A stretch of 64,000 nt of DNA from NCBI GenBank assembly GCA_040954595.2, contig CM082584.2:13385337-13449336 (forward strand), given 5' to 3'. Position numbers and translations under genes: made by a program. The notes below the pieces were generated by a model. The model had not been told where the DNA came from. It was given only the letters and a program-made list of their open reading frames with translations, and did not search any database. This DNA is from Balanoglossus misakiensis. Taxonomy: Eukaryota > Animalia > Hemichordata. Shown here one piece after another: positions 24,015-38,310 of this stretch (positions are counted from its first letter, which is position 1; each line of letters begins with the position of its first letter).

Positions 24015-26241
24015 TGAATCGGGTTTGTTCACTTGGATACTTCCTTCTGCATTGACACAATGATGTGCTTATTTAAGTTGTGGTTAAGACGCTGTCTCAT
24101 GATATACCACCTGTAAATGTAATAGTGCAAAGGATTTTTGTACATGTATACTTTAAATTAATGTATGTGCTGTTACTGTCATATTTTTTAAAGAAGGAAT
24201 GTTTTGCCGGACTCTATGGGTTTATACTTTTAAGCCTCCGAACTGCGACTGTTTAATTACAATAACACGAGTGTTCCACTACGGTATAAATTTGGAGATA
24301 TCGAAATGTACGAATAGAATGGTGCTAAAGTTGAAACAAAATTGTCAGTACGCATAAATGTAGCGTAGTGTATAACTTCTAAATTGGAAACGAATAAGGA
24401 CAGACTAAACCCTTGAGACATTTTGTCAGCACCAGTTGAAACCTTCTTGGAAACGATTTTCCTATTTCTGGTATGGGTGCGAAACAACGTGTCGCTTAGT
24501 AATAATGTCACACTATTGTTTTTTTGTTTGTGTTTGTTTCAACTTTTATCACTTTGTACGTTACAAGCTAATAAATATGGCCGTTTAAATTTAAGAAATA
24601 CTCAGGATTAAATTATAAATTATCCCGATGGAAACATTCTGGTACATAACTTTGAACATTTTGAATAAACACATAAAATTTACAATTCTTACAAATTGAA
24701 TATGTAAGCTTGTGCCCATCTCTGAAACACACGCTCCAACGTGGAGCAACATTAAATGAGAAAAGGGTTTTCAGTTTTAAACATTTTTGGCGGAATATTT
24801 CATCAACACTGTCGCAATGGACGGGCAGGGGAATTGATATGTGCATTGGTATAGCTAGTGGCTTGAAAATGGTCGTGAGTGCTGAGTACAAAAAAGCGCC
24901 GAGAATAATACACAAATTATTGTGAAAAGTGTGATTTACACGGTAACAAGAAAGTGGTCTTTTAAAAGAAATTTCAAAGAGAGTCACTGATATTGTTACT
25001 GCTGGTCTTCCGTGTGTCTGGTATATCCTTGATATCAAACTTTCCGATTTTGTGTGATCTCTTTTGATAGACACACGGCCCAGCATTTGAATAGAATGAC
25101 ATCGGAATCGAACATTTTTATTCGGACCATCTTATCCTTCAAAGTTTTTAGATGTGATATTTTTTATTGTTTCATTTCACAAAAACTGCGATAGTGAAGA
25201 AGAAATTGTCCTCCATTTTATTCATGAACTAGTAGATTAGGCAGAAAAGCGCTGCACTTGTCAATGTTATCGAAATTTTGTAAAACAATTTATTTTCAAA
25301 AGGAAAGACGTGCTTGTCTTTTTGTGTGTCTAACCTTAACTTCGTCGAAATCTCGGAAAGTCTTGCCGTAATTGTTTAGTTCAGCCTCAAGACTTTCATC
25401 CGCGAATAAAACATTTATTAAACAATTGGATATAAACTATCATAGCAGGAGAGACTTCTTCAAAATTCACTGGATAACACTCACTGTTTCATACTTGTTG
25501 GACGCTGAGCACAATTAAAATGGATATTATTACTGCAGTTTTACACGTTCTCCTAAAGATATGTTTGAAGTTGATTTCAAATAACAGAAGGCACAAGCGA
25601 TCAACCACATCGTTAACAGGTGATCGCTGCACGCTCATAGTACCTGTCGTCGTTCCTCGAATTATCGTCCTCATTTTGCATATCTTGACGCGTTTTGATT
25701 ATTGCACATGACTTTTAATTCCCCACAAGACAGCATTGCATACCCCACTCATCTTTACTCGGCGCTGTTTGCTTTTCATCCTTAGTGGATTTTTCTGTAG
25801 TTGTGTGGACTTGGACATGGACAGTCAGGTGGCAGTTCCCATCTCTTCTTGGACAAGACTGACTCAAGATTGTGTCAGTTCCTGGCTCATCAATTATTGT
25901 CAGTGAATATATATCACTGCTGGATGCATTTCAAGAGTATCACCAAACATTCTACCACACTGCAATTGTTGTTTGTTCGAGAAATCTCTCTATTCGCTGT
26001 CATTTGCCCACTATTTTCACGTGGTCAGCTGACAACAAATTGTTATTGCAGATCAGGATATTGCTGCAGGTTTACAAACTAGAACAAAATAAATCGAATT
26101 CAGCCGAATTGGTGTTTGCTGCGGTCCACGTGGTGTCATTGGCATAGAATCCAGATCTTCAACCCATACAAAATCCTCTGCAATGAAGAAGGTCAAAGGG
26201 CTTGCTCACTGGTGAACTGATCCGACTTTTCCATATTTTCT

Positions 26242-29200
26242 TCAGGGTTTTTCTGGATGGCTTTTATCCCTGGAATTATATCTTTCTAATCGAGCTTGTC
26301 TTTTGGCTGCTGGAGATGTATTTCCATAGGGTTCTGTTGAGTATCTGGACTTGATGTTAAAGCTTTCGTGTGTGCTTTGGGATACGTCTATTGATGGGTG
26401 GCTGCTGCCATGGTAATGTACATCTCTTGATGGGGATCCGAGTCTAATGTGGTCCTCACTTCTTGTTTTCTCGGGTCTCCTGAAAGCTGATCGTGGGGGC
26501 GAATAACTAGCTCTACTGAAGCATTCTGGTGACGTCATTTGACGCTGTAGCCGGTGGAGGGAGGATGCACTGTGAGGGCGCTCTAGTTGAGGGGGTGTTT
26601 CCAGTCGAGACTTGGAAGAACCGGGCACATCTTCTTCACTGATGGACTCCTGTCGCGTCTGTTCTCGTAGAGGGCGTTGTCTGAATTGTAGGCGAGACTT
26701 GGCGGAGGGCACATCCTCTTCGCTGATAGATTCTTGTTTCATGTATTCCTTTGCCACGGCGCGTTCAAAGTCGAATCGTGACCTCGACGGCGGAGGAGTT
26801 TCTTCCTCGCTGATGGAATCCTGTCTGTAGGACACTTGCTCGATTATTTCAGGCACTGAGAACTGCCTTCGAGGATGTGGGCGATTTGATGGTTTGCGTG
26901 ATGGATCTGGTCCGGGCAGTGACAACCCCTTGGACGAATATTTGATGTACCTTGGCCGTGGGGGTTGTTGACCTTTGCTATAATCTTCATCACTTGTGCT
27001 CTCCTGTGGCAGAAGTCGTTTTGGCCTGACGCTTATTTCTTTACGCTTTTCAGAATAATAAGATTTCGCATCCCTGATCTCTAAACTGCGCCCTGATGGT
27101 GATCCTTTCTGCTGCTGGGGCGGTAACTTTCCGTCCCAAATTCTGCTGCTTTCTTGTCGGAGGTACTCTTCTTCGATACTGTCTTGAGGTGCCAATCTTC
27201 TGGGTCTGTCTGAGTACCTCGGTGGCCGCTGATGGGGATAATCTTCTTCACGTGATGAGTCCCTGTCCAACGTTGGCCTCCTGTGTTCAAAACTTGCGCT
27301 GCGTTCGGTATGTGGAATCTCCAGTAACTTCCTCTCGACCAATGGGTCACTGTGTTGCTTCCTCTGAAGATGTAACCTGCCCTTTGAAATCGATGCTCTT
27401 CCCCGCAGCTGTGGTGGATCATCAAACATAGAGTCTTGTCGAATGAATTCCTTAAACAGTGCATCCGTCTTTTCATCTATGCTATAGTCTCTCTTGGTTA
27501 AACTGTACTCATATCGTTCATCCCTTTCCTTTCTAAAGAAGCGACCAATTCTCCCAGCAACGCGGTCTCCAAAAGAGTCAGATCGCTTGATTCTTGGCTT
27601 CTGGTCGTTCGGGGATTCATACGCTGATGTCTGCGAATCAGCTTCACTTTCATCTTCAGGAAAACTGAAACTGTCATAGAGAGCGCCTGATTTCCCTTCA
27701 GCAGTGAATTCTCGCCTTTTCTTCGATGCTGTGCGGGGGTCATCCCTTGCTCTGAATACAACTTCAGTGCGGCCATCTTTGTTAATGTGTCTCCTTTTTG
27801 ATGTTATTCCTTTGTCTTTGGCCCCAGCTCCTCCTACTGGTGGAATCTCCTTGATTGGACTTATGTCTGTGGATGTGTAACTTGGGTAGCTTGTACTCTC
27901 TATACTTGTGCTGTCCCTGTCACTGGAGGCATAAAGCGCCCTCTTTTGGAGAATTGTAAGCGTGGGTCGCTGTTGTTGCTCGATCGACGCATAGCCACTG
28001 TCTGCTTGCATCTGTTTCAGCTTACTTGTACCATCTTTCTCATAAGAACTATCTCCTCCCCTGCTTCTCTCTGATGTATCTGACTCCTCGGTGCTTATAG
28101 AGCTAAAGGCGTAATCCAAACTATCATCTTTAGTCTTGGAAAGACGGCGTCTTTGGACGGTCAACCTGTTTTTGTCCTCAGGCTCTTGCTGCTTTTCCAT
28201 CTTCTTCTTCAGCTTTCCGGATTCAGTGGTTGTTTCATAATAAGTGAATTCAGCCTCTATACCTGTGTGGTTTGTCTGACTATTCTCTGATAGTTTAAGA
28301 TCTTCTCTGCTCATGCTAGCTGGAACAACAGTGTCGGGTTCGGATGTTATTGATGAACCATTAGAATCCTCTTGCTCCAGGGTTGATCGCAGATGCCAAA
28401 GTTCTCTGTAATCTTTTGCCGTGATCATCTTTCTTTCCACTCTTTCAGGGCTTGTTGTTCCTTCTTCTATGGCAATCTCTGGAGGGGGACCGATTACATG
28501 AATCTTGTACGCCCCCCCCTCTGCTGTCTCACTCCGCAAATCTTTTTCTTTGGATCCACGAACTTCACCGGCTTTATCCTTTGAAGTTTTATCATGTTTC
28601 TTTGTCTCACCAAAGTGAGGCAAATCAGCCGACAGTGCATGTTTGTAACCTTGCAGAGAAACTCCGCCATTTTGTTTGATGTCGTCGTCAAGGCTGACAG
28701 CCTGCTGTGGGATATCCCAAGTTCGTTTGCGTGGACTGCAAATGTTATCAAGACTTATGTGCTTTGCAACTTTAGTTGAGAATGCTTTGACGGCGGCGTT
28801 TCCCTTTAACCTGTTTTCAAGTTCATCCTCAAGTTCGTCAGCACTATGATGAACCTGTACAGCAACTTCTGTCGTGTGTGGTAATGACGGTGTGGGCGAT
28901 GGTGTACTTGCAATCTCGACATCATCTTGCTCTGAAGAAGCTGAGGTTTTTAGAATGTCGATTTGTTCCGGTTCCGATAGCTCAGAAACGTAGACATTTT
29001 CTTCCAAAGCTTCCACGCTACCGTGAGATGATTCCATAGAGGTGGTGATTATTGTGTTACTGGGTGTCTTACAGATGCGAGCGTTTTTGAGATGATGGAA
29101 GTCGCCTTCAGTGTACCTATAATCACAAAGAAAATCATTGTAAATCAAAAGAATAACAGTGTGATTTAATAATTCATTTTAATAACCCCTATATGACATT

Positions 29201-32200
29201 ACATCCGTCGTGTACTCAGTTGTTATGACGTTGTCAAAATTTTAAAACCTGTGTATGGCACATGTGGACGAAAAAGCCAAATCACCTGCTGGCGGCAGTG
29301 TATTGAGGTTCTTTTGTTGGAACTTTGATTTGGAAAGACACTCGTCTGGGCGATGATGGTGAAACTTCGCTGTCATCAAGTACGGGATCATCAAATGGCG
29401 GATCATTCAGCTCCGTTGAATATACTGAGCCCGGTACTGTGTTGTTATCTACTGCGTCTATAAATAAATTCAAGACAAACGTGATATAGTTCACAGTATC
29501 CTGCACGCAGTACATGTCATTTATAATAATTGGAATAATCGTTTATTTATACTAGTAACCTCTGTCTACAGACTGAGTTTATTTCAAACTCTATGGAGAA
29601 AAAATAAAGTTGTATTTAAAAAAAACCGGCAAACGCCCATGTTACTTGTCTGATTCAATACAAATTCTCGCCCATTTTAATAAAGCAAAGAATTAAAAAG
29701 TTTGAAGGGATATCATTTTTGTGACAATTCCCCTCCCCCCGAGACACACACATTGACAGAAAGGATTGGAAGGGTTGTTGGTTAAGAATGCTTCTGAGAG
29801 TTACTTAATCTTTGAGTAAGTGGGATATAATCAGCATACCTTCTAAGTGAGTATAACTACTCCTGTTCAACGGATACGCTTCCAGATCTTCCACACATTC
29901 TTCGTGAAACGATAGTTTGCTGTCGAGGAGAGGACAATGCCCAATGAAATTGAGAGAAAAATTGAAAGAGAGGAAATGATAAAAGTCTGTCTAGTTGTGC
30001 GGAGCTATCAGACGCATGTTTATACATATAAACAGCTGGTGTCTTTAGAGATTTAAATTCTGATATTTGCATAGTATAATGCAGCCATCTCATTGGCTAA
30101 CAGACTGACTGTACTGATCCAGGTGCAAACCGATTTGCCACGCTGTACGCACGCGCGTGTCACTGTGTTTCGGCCACGTCACCAGGATGGACGCGCACTT
30201 GGATATCTCCGATACAGAGTATTCAAACAAAGTCTAGCGGTTTTTCTCTCGGTTTGAAAACCCGATACCACTGGATGACAGAGAGGATTCTAAACTAACG
30301 GCAAAATAGGAACATGGGTCGTTGTGTGGACCACAGTCTCCCCAGCGGATAGCAAGACCTTGGAGGGCGAAGATGCCATGGACCACAAAATACACGCGTC
30401 GACCTGTTGGGGCATGTCTGTGTGGGATGCATACAGAGCTGGAATATCATACAAGCAATTCTGGGAAGGTACGTTGCAGTTATGTTCTCGCATTTTCCCC
30501 AGCGCGTAAGTAATCGTTATTGTTGCTTCATCGTGTTACGGAAAGGCCGGCTTGCTAAATGGCAAGTTTTAATATCACGATTTATCGTGAGTGGGTGATC
30601 AGCGTGGGTCTGTGAATAGATTGTTGATTTGAAGTGGCTGTACATGTGCTGGCATTTTGGAAGCTCTTGGTCTTGTTGGAGATAAAGGAGTATTATGGCG
30701 GCGTGGGCTTACGGGTGACTAAATGTCACTGGCGTTCTGTATGTCATCGTTGGTTGTTCTTTGTAGGTGGTTGATTGAGCGCCCTTATTTTGTCTGCAGG
30801 GGTGGAGGTAGGATGAGTAGAGTTCCACGAAAAGGGTCAGATTAGCTTCCTCTGCTGCCGTGTCTTGAGACACTGCGCATCACGAAAACAACACCCCCGC
30901 GGTAAAACTGAAAGAAAAAAAATCTCACCTGTCCTGAAGCCCATTTCTCGACTTTCGACTTAGTTGCGCATCTTCGGCTTCTTTCGGTGCAGGTCTGTAG
31001 GGAGGTCGCTGATAGTCGACCGGAAACTTCTTGAAGAACGCTTGTTGTCTGAAGCGAAACGAACAAATACAAATAATTAATGTTCAGACTCTTACAAAAG
31101 TCTGTGCCTGTAGGCTGTACGTAAAGTTTTGTAAAGGTCATTCTGATTAGAAGCTTTTTAAGAAGATATTACGTTACATCCAACATATTTAGCTTAGAGT
31201 GTAAAATATTTTTGAAGGGGGGGGGGGCAAAATGATAAATTCAGCCTTTGCTTTCTCTTTGGTGAAAAGCGTGACTCAACATCAATTTTATCCCACATGA
31301 CACTGACTTTGTTTTTACGCAAATAACCGCACTTTGTGCATGTTTCTAACATATTTTTCAAATTTAAAACGAATACATGTACAACTTGGATTCAATAATG
31401 CAATAGTACAGGTAATGTAAGGATTATTTGAGTAAACCCCTGTTTATAGATATTATTTCATGTGGTTTCTCTGCATAAAACCTGTACAATTGATAAAAGT
31501 TCAACATGAACCGAACAGAAATATGACCTTTTTTTATTACATCCGCAAGACTTGTTAACAACCCGTCATAATATAAAGTCTTAATACCGCCTTAACAATC
31601 CAACGTGCTCTTAATCTGGAAGGTATAGCTTTAGCGTGTGAACTTTGCCCATGATGGCAATTTAACTACTTTGATGTGGGCTCTACACGGAGAAATGGGT
31701 AACTAATATTGCGGGAGAGAGACAGCGTTCAGGAGTGTTGGGAGAATTTGGTATTCATGGGGAGCGGGCAAATTGAATGGAGGTCACTCCGCGGAGTATG
31801 AACTGAATGACCCAGGGGTCATCTATGTCGTTGTTGTTCCGTCTCTTTTCATTACCCGAGAATATTAGCTTTTAACAGTAGAGAAGTCTATGCATACTTG
31901 GAGGATAGAAACACACCTGGTAGAACAAACAATAATAATTTTATGACACAGCCTCATTTCGTTTTATCTTCAATTCCGAGCGATGCCTCTAAATTGCAAA
32001 TTATGGAAAGATTTTAAGTAATTTTCATGAAATTATGTCACTGCGGGACATTTTGTTAAAAGCAAACCCAAGGCCCAGTAGATACACTTCACCTAGATCG
32101 GTTAATTGCGGGAAAAGTGCTGAACACACTTTGCGATAAAGCGCAGTGAATGTTAGAAGTCTTTGCATTTTAATACCGCCGATTGAAACACGTACAGCAA

Positions 32201-32974
32201 ATAAAGTTTTAAATTATAGATAGATGCATTAGTGATGGGGCAGGACTCAAACGCATTGCCTTGACAACAATTGAGTAATATTTGATCAAACAATAAGGGG
32301 TTCTAAATCTTTAGATGGAATCGTGAAGGGAATTCGAATACTGACCAACTTTCTAAGAAGTCGCTTTGTTTTATCCTAGATAGAGCGCCCTATGACAATC
32401 ATTATATGATTCTTCACTGGACGACCTCAACAGTTTGGCGTGGGTGGAAAATGTGGGCGTTGTGGTCACTTTCTTAAATGTCGCCGATTTCTTTTCCCCA
32501 TTTCATGCTATTTATCTGATTGAAAAATTAATTAAGATAGCTCCACGTTCGAATAGACTATTGGTTTTCTTTTCTTGCGTGCAGAAATCAAACACTGGAA
32601 GCCTTGATGTTTCACACATATTGAAAGTGAAAGTATTGTCTGCTTAGAATGTTGATTTTTGGCCATTTTGTAAAAGCCATCATGTGAAATCATTAAGCTG
32701 TCCCACACTTTCCACCCACCATGTGCCTACGCTTCTTACAGACTAATGTACACAAGATGATCAAATCAGGTAATTTTAAAAACATTTTCAATCATTTTCT
32801 GTAATTTTCCCCTTACACATGAAAAAGTGCGTAAAATTACCTCCGAAGTGGTTTTTTCTTCTTAATACAATATTTACAACAGACGATGATACAGATGACA
32901 AGAATAAGTCCCCCGACGACCCCGGCGACAAGAATCACTATAGCAAGATAGTTTGGTAGGACTGTGGAACTTTC
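26242..32974 (-). CDS. CBARP: CBARP/BARP-like voltage-gated Ca-channel beta-subunit anchoring and regulatory protein (single TM, long disordered tail), at least 1126 aa; start exon not fixed
   Basis: Exons (minus strand) 32974-32841 (TM: PNYLAIVILVAGVVGGLILVICIIVCCKYC), 31048-30929, optional 30793-30713, 29919-29840, 29457-29286 and 29116-26242; phases 2,2,(2),1,2 are consistent. Motifs recalled from vertebrate CBARP: RRVSF, 'YTEGDFHHLKNAR', 'DYRELWHLRSTLE', 'QMQADSGYASIE', 'RDYSIDEKTDALFKEFIRQD'. Confidence 0.85.
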
Positions 32975-35900
32975 CTGGAAAAAAGAAAAAGAAAAAACAC
33001 ACTTAAGTTATTTCTTATAGTCAAGTTACAGTGTACAACATATGAGATAGGATGTTCAATAACTTTTGCCACGTGTCTCACTCTCGTGGCGTAACGACAG
33101 ATTTAATCTGAACATGCGTTTGTGCGGGCTATGGAAACTGACAAAATTACTTTCGACTTCACACAAAGTCGAAGAACAGAAACTGGCATGCAGGTGATTA
33201 CTGAAATGACCTGACGTTGATGATTAAACATTATCGGCGAACCAGTTTGATAATCATGCCTACTGTGAATCGCGGTTTGATTAAAATGAACTAACAAAAT
33301 GTTATTTTAACAAAAATAATTGGCAGGATTTACCGACTGTGCCGTGGGTTAATTATCGTATACTGTTAAATGCAATATAATTTTTTATAAAGGATGTCAT
33401 ATCTAAAGACACTTATTGGTAGTTATTAACCGTCACTCATTGTTTGATGATCCGAGGAAGAATTTCGAATCCCAGTCTAACACGTAGCAAAAACGGTGTA
33501 CGTGTGCACCATACATGGCAGATTTCGTTCTCTTTTAGTAAAAAGGAAGACATGTTATTTCCCCGAGGAATTAACGTTTGTAATGATAACAAAAGAGTCC
33601 TTTCTTCAGCAAACATTATTTTTGTTAGAAAGTCGCATACGCTGTGTGTTGAAGTAACGTTTTGCAAATTTCTGCGTCAGGGATAAGCGAGTCTTGCCAA
33701 ACCACATAAACCTTAATGACAAATTGGACAGAATACTACCTGTGTCATGTCCTTTGCATCTGTATCGCTGAGTAATGCTTTTAGCGCGGAGAATATATGG
33801 CTAGCTCACAGTTAGATGAATTGATACGGATGGTTCTGAGCAAGTGGTCGACTGACATGACCTTGAGTATGATGATCGCAAGGGATTGGTGTATGGGACG
33901 GCAGAATTCGCGGTTAGATTGTGGCAGCAACCTGTAGATTCTGATCGATAGGCCGGGCAACGACATCCAGTGTACATCTCCGCATCAGAGTTTCATTTTT
34001 ACAGAATTACAGCAGAGGAGTTAGACTGTAGTTTTATATCGGCGCCAAAATCCGCGTGCACGCGAATATACCACCACCGCATAAGATGAAGATCAAAGCT
34101 AGCGTCTTTGATACCCTATGTGCCCATGCGCGGAACTCCAACAAGAATAGAAGATGGATGCAACGACGCGACGCAGCCAATATCACACTGCGGGGGTGAA
34201 TTGGTGCGGGGTTTTTGTGCTTCATCATTTAATTGAAAATTAGTCTGGATTCATTCGGAGTGCAAACAATCGAAAACGAGGCTGTTTTTATCCTCCTATA
34301 GACACCACTACTCACGCATCTGACGTTAATCATAAATAATTCAGAAACTGCGCTATTGGCTTACAGCTATCACGTATACATATCTAGATGATTACCCGGC
34401 GCATCGGTTGAAGAAGTTCTCGCATTTCCGTGAAATATCCGCTGTGGGATCACGGCATTTTGACAAGACTCATGACCCTGCACTATGCAAGTGAAAGCTG
34501 GCACCTCGGTCAGATAGCCACCACACATTTGAGAATCTCTAGGGTCGCTTTTAAGGGATGTTCATATAGAATCAATAAATGGGACAAAAATAACTTATGA
34601 ACATTTCCACTAGTCTCCTTCGACGTATGAGATAAGAAATTGATAACTCTTCGCCGCTAGTCTCACAGCAAGAGTGAAACCAATTTCCTCGTTTCTCCCT
34701 CAATCATCAACTTGTTTGTGGATGCCAGGCATTGCACGACAGCAAGAAATTAGAAATCGCTCGGCGCTATTTGGGGTTAATTCAATTCGTGAGGGTTTGA
34801 GGCACAAGTCTAATTTCATTGCAAGGGTTTAGAGTCAAACAAACGTATAAGAGCTTCTGCTCAACCTTTGGCACTCGTCGCTATACGAAAAGACTTTTCT
34901 TGAAAATGCAGAAAATTATACGTGTTGCATTCATGCGAGGAATATTTATCGTTGCATACATTTCGGAGAAAATGGCGTGGGAGATTTCAAAGGACATCAT
35001 ACTCAAGGAAGTCAGTCGTTTCTTGTGAAATTATCATCTTTTGAATAATTAATTTGCAATGAGAGAGAGAGTGGGAGATCTAATCATCGGTGGCTGAAAA
35101 GTGCGGTCATTGACCTCAGAATCTGGAATTCAATTTAGACTTCAATGCAATTAGACGGACACATAATGTCGAAACTTAGCCGTAGGACAACTTTGCAGGA
35201 CATGTGACGTATGTCCAACATTTCTCGCTGGAGAGACCATAATTTGTAAACACGATTCTTGCGGATTGATCGATAGCCGGCTGCATGCTGGGCCGGGCAC
35301 AGACCATCTGGCCATTCAATTTGTCTTCTGAATGTTGTTAACACCTGTGTCATATCGGAACATCTGTTTCTTGTTGCTCTGGAAATATTTATATTGTGGT
35401 AAAGGGATACCAGGTCTTCTTTCGGGTTTTAATACAATTAATCGTGCCATTAATTATACAGAAATTGCCGTTCTCTGTCACTTTAGTTCATCGTCAAACC
35501 GCGGGGATCGGCCGAAAGCGGAAACAATAGTTTGTTAAAGCACAGTGCACATTGTAACAGTCATAATTCCGTCAAGTACTCTTGCACAAACACGCAGTAG
35601 AATACCCCATTGCTGGACACGACCCGTTTTAAAATATTGATTCGTATCACGTGCCAGCATATGCAAAATATTTGCAATACCAACGGATGAATCCCCACCA
35701 CGACGCCCTTGCATGAGTGCAATGCTTCCATAGTTGAGACAGAACAAGCTGCTGTACTAAGATTCTTGATAAAATTGATAGTGTCTGAATTAGGTATTTT
35801 AAATTTTGTGGCCAATATAACGTTACTCCTTTCTGTGTTTGTTAAAGAACTCGTCTAATTTTGAATGGATGTAGGATGTAAGACACCTTCGAACAAACAA

Positions 35901-38185
35901 AAACAACGAAATTCGCGTGAAATATTTTGATTTTGAATACTAATATAAGATTTATCTGTGTGAATTTTTTTTCTGGTGTCATTGCTTGAAATTCAGGAAT
36001 ACGATCGCTAGATGTCACGTGATCATCGGCGAAGGCCATGCATCAGAGGACCGTTGCTATTTTTAGAACCACGCCCCGGAATCTGAATTGATTATCCAAA
36101 CTCATTAAAATTCACCTGGTTCTTCTCATTAGGCGAATTTGACTCATTTCTCATTCTTTGTTGCGACTAAAATCCCGATTTAGCGGACAGGAGAGCGATT
36201 TGCTTCATGGTCTGGCCGTGAGCGGAATGAACAAAATATGGATTTTGTCGCATCTCGTTTGAAAACCGGGGCCCCATGATGTCATGGTTGTTACTTTTCT
36301 GCGCCGTCGGTCGTTTACACAACATCTGAGCTGGCAGTCTGGAAATATGGCATTCTCCTTTTAATATGGCCGCGAAATGCACTTAAAGCACGTGGAAGTA
36401 TTCAATCCCACTTAAACCATGCAAAGTATGAATTTAATTGGCGTTTCAAATGCTCTGACATTTTTCTTTGTCGGTTGCGAAGAGCGTAGATCAAGGCGAC
36501 TTTTGAAATGTGGTGGTGATCTTTTCGAGTTCAAGGTTAAAAAAAACATCCCATGGAAGTGTCACTCAAAAAGATAGCATTCGTTATAAAGTTAAAAATG
36601 CAAGTGCGGTCGTTGTCGTCGGCGCCACTGTGGCCCTCTTCCTTTGAGCTGCTTTAATGTCAGAAACAGACGATTACGAAATCCCCATGCCACGAGCAAA
36701 GATCTTCGTATAGAACGTGAGCATTCGCATCAATAAATTAAACATTAACAGCATCTTCACGTGCCAACGACCGTGCAATATAATGGCCCAAGGCTGGCAA
36801 TCAGACAGTGCATGGGGGTATTTTGACTTTAGAATTTGGACTGTGTGGTAATAAGACAACAGGCCGAATGTTGTGCCAAAGTTTCCACATAACTTTCATA
36901 CCGACTTGAAAATATACAAGCGGACCGGCTGTATTGTTGAAACACTGTCGATCTATACGCGAGAACCGCGAAGGAGAATCTTAATTCACATATAGATGCT
37001 CATTTTAAAAGCGGGAATGACGCAGTTGCGTTATTAGAACTGCAAGCTACCATTTGTGCACTTTCTAAAATTACATTAAAGTGGCATTGATCGAAATAGT
37101 CGATTCCGTAGGACATAAAATGGCTTACCTTTCAACTGGGGCTAAAATTGGACGGCTCCAGAGCAATGATAATAACGGGAGTGATGAATAACCCTTAGCG
37201 GAGTAAAATGGCCTACTGGTGATCTAAGTGGAACACTTCTTTGCTGTCGTCATCGCTAATGTTCGTCGACACATGCAGAAGACGGATTCCGTGACCTGCG
37301 TGACCTGGGTTTCAACTAGACGAGAATCTCGCCAACATATCGCATTTCCCGAGACAGGGCAGTCATCACGTAGCTTTAATTTGACGTTTGGCAACCCAAA
37401 CTTCGATCCGATGGTGAGCTCTAGCGAAAGCACGACTCACCTTTAGCTGATTTGGAAACGCGATGTCGATAACTATTTTTTTTATTTCTGCGATAGCAAT
37501 CCAAGAATTATAAATCAATGATTACGTCACAATCCTGTCTAATTGCGTTTTATTCACGCGATCGATTAAACATTCCATACACCTATACTGCGTATTTTAT
37601 CGTCCGTACGAAAAGCAGAACTATTTTTAGTGTAAATTGGCCCAAATCATTCACTGTTATTGTGGGTGTTGCCGATTAAATTGTGTGGCAATTTAAAGGT
37701 GGTCGTCCTATTAATGTAACGATTCTCTTAAATGTGACATCTGACCCGAGCTAATATTTTCACGCATATTCTATTGACACAGGCATATTGTATTAATGCT
37801 ATGTTACACTGCCTAGTATCACCCAATAGTCAGATTTATTAATACTTAGACACATCCGGGTTAATGGGGGCATATAAAAGAGAAATGACAATGTATGGGA
37901 GCGAACTATGAATACCTTCTGTCAACCCCATAAACCAATTACTCCAGTAAAATGAAAAAATTACGTTAACCCAACATGAGGTCGTCATATTAAATTGGTC
38001 CGTGCGTCAGCGGATATGATAGCTGGTTGGAATATTTATAAATGTATGAGTCAATTTAGGACCATGGCAAATGGATTTTTCGAGTCTACGCTCATTGCAA
38101 GCAACCCTGAAACACGTGACAACGCTAGTAGCGGTGAACTCGTACATAGACACATACTAGTACATCGATAGATATATATTATACC

Positions 38186-38310
38186 TGTATACATACATGC
38201 ATGCATACATACAGATAGACAGACAGACAGACATACATACATGAATACACACACACACACACACATACACACATACACCACGTATATATACATAGGCCTA
38301 CATGCATGCA
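38186..38310. repeat. Compound microsatellite (ATAC/AGAC/CA)n
   Basis: tatacatacatgcatgcatacatacagatagacagacagacagacatacatac...acacacacac. Confidence 0.85.

Noticed and set aside
27081-27776. Overlapping ORFs within the large CBARP exon
   Set aside because: Alternative-frame or antisense ORFs without recognisable features, as expected in long, GC-richer exons.
26242-29148. The 968-aa ORF as a stand-alone intronless gene or TE ORF
   Set aside because: It starts at a non-ATG codon inside intron sequence. A proper acceptor at 29116 links it to upstream CBARP exons, and there are no RT, integrase or transposase motifs.
30322-30513. Cluster of short ORFs and a possible 45-nt minus-strand exon inside a CBARP intron
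   Set aside because: The donor (GTCTTG) is weak and there is no recognisable protein motif, so it cannot be supported.
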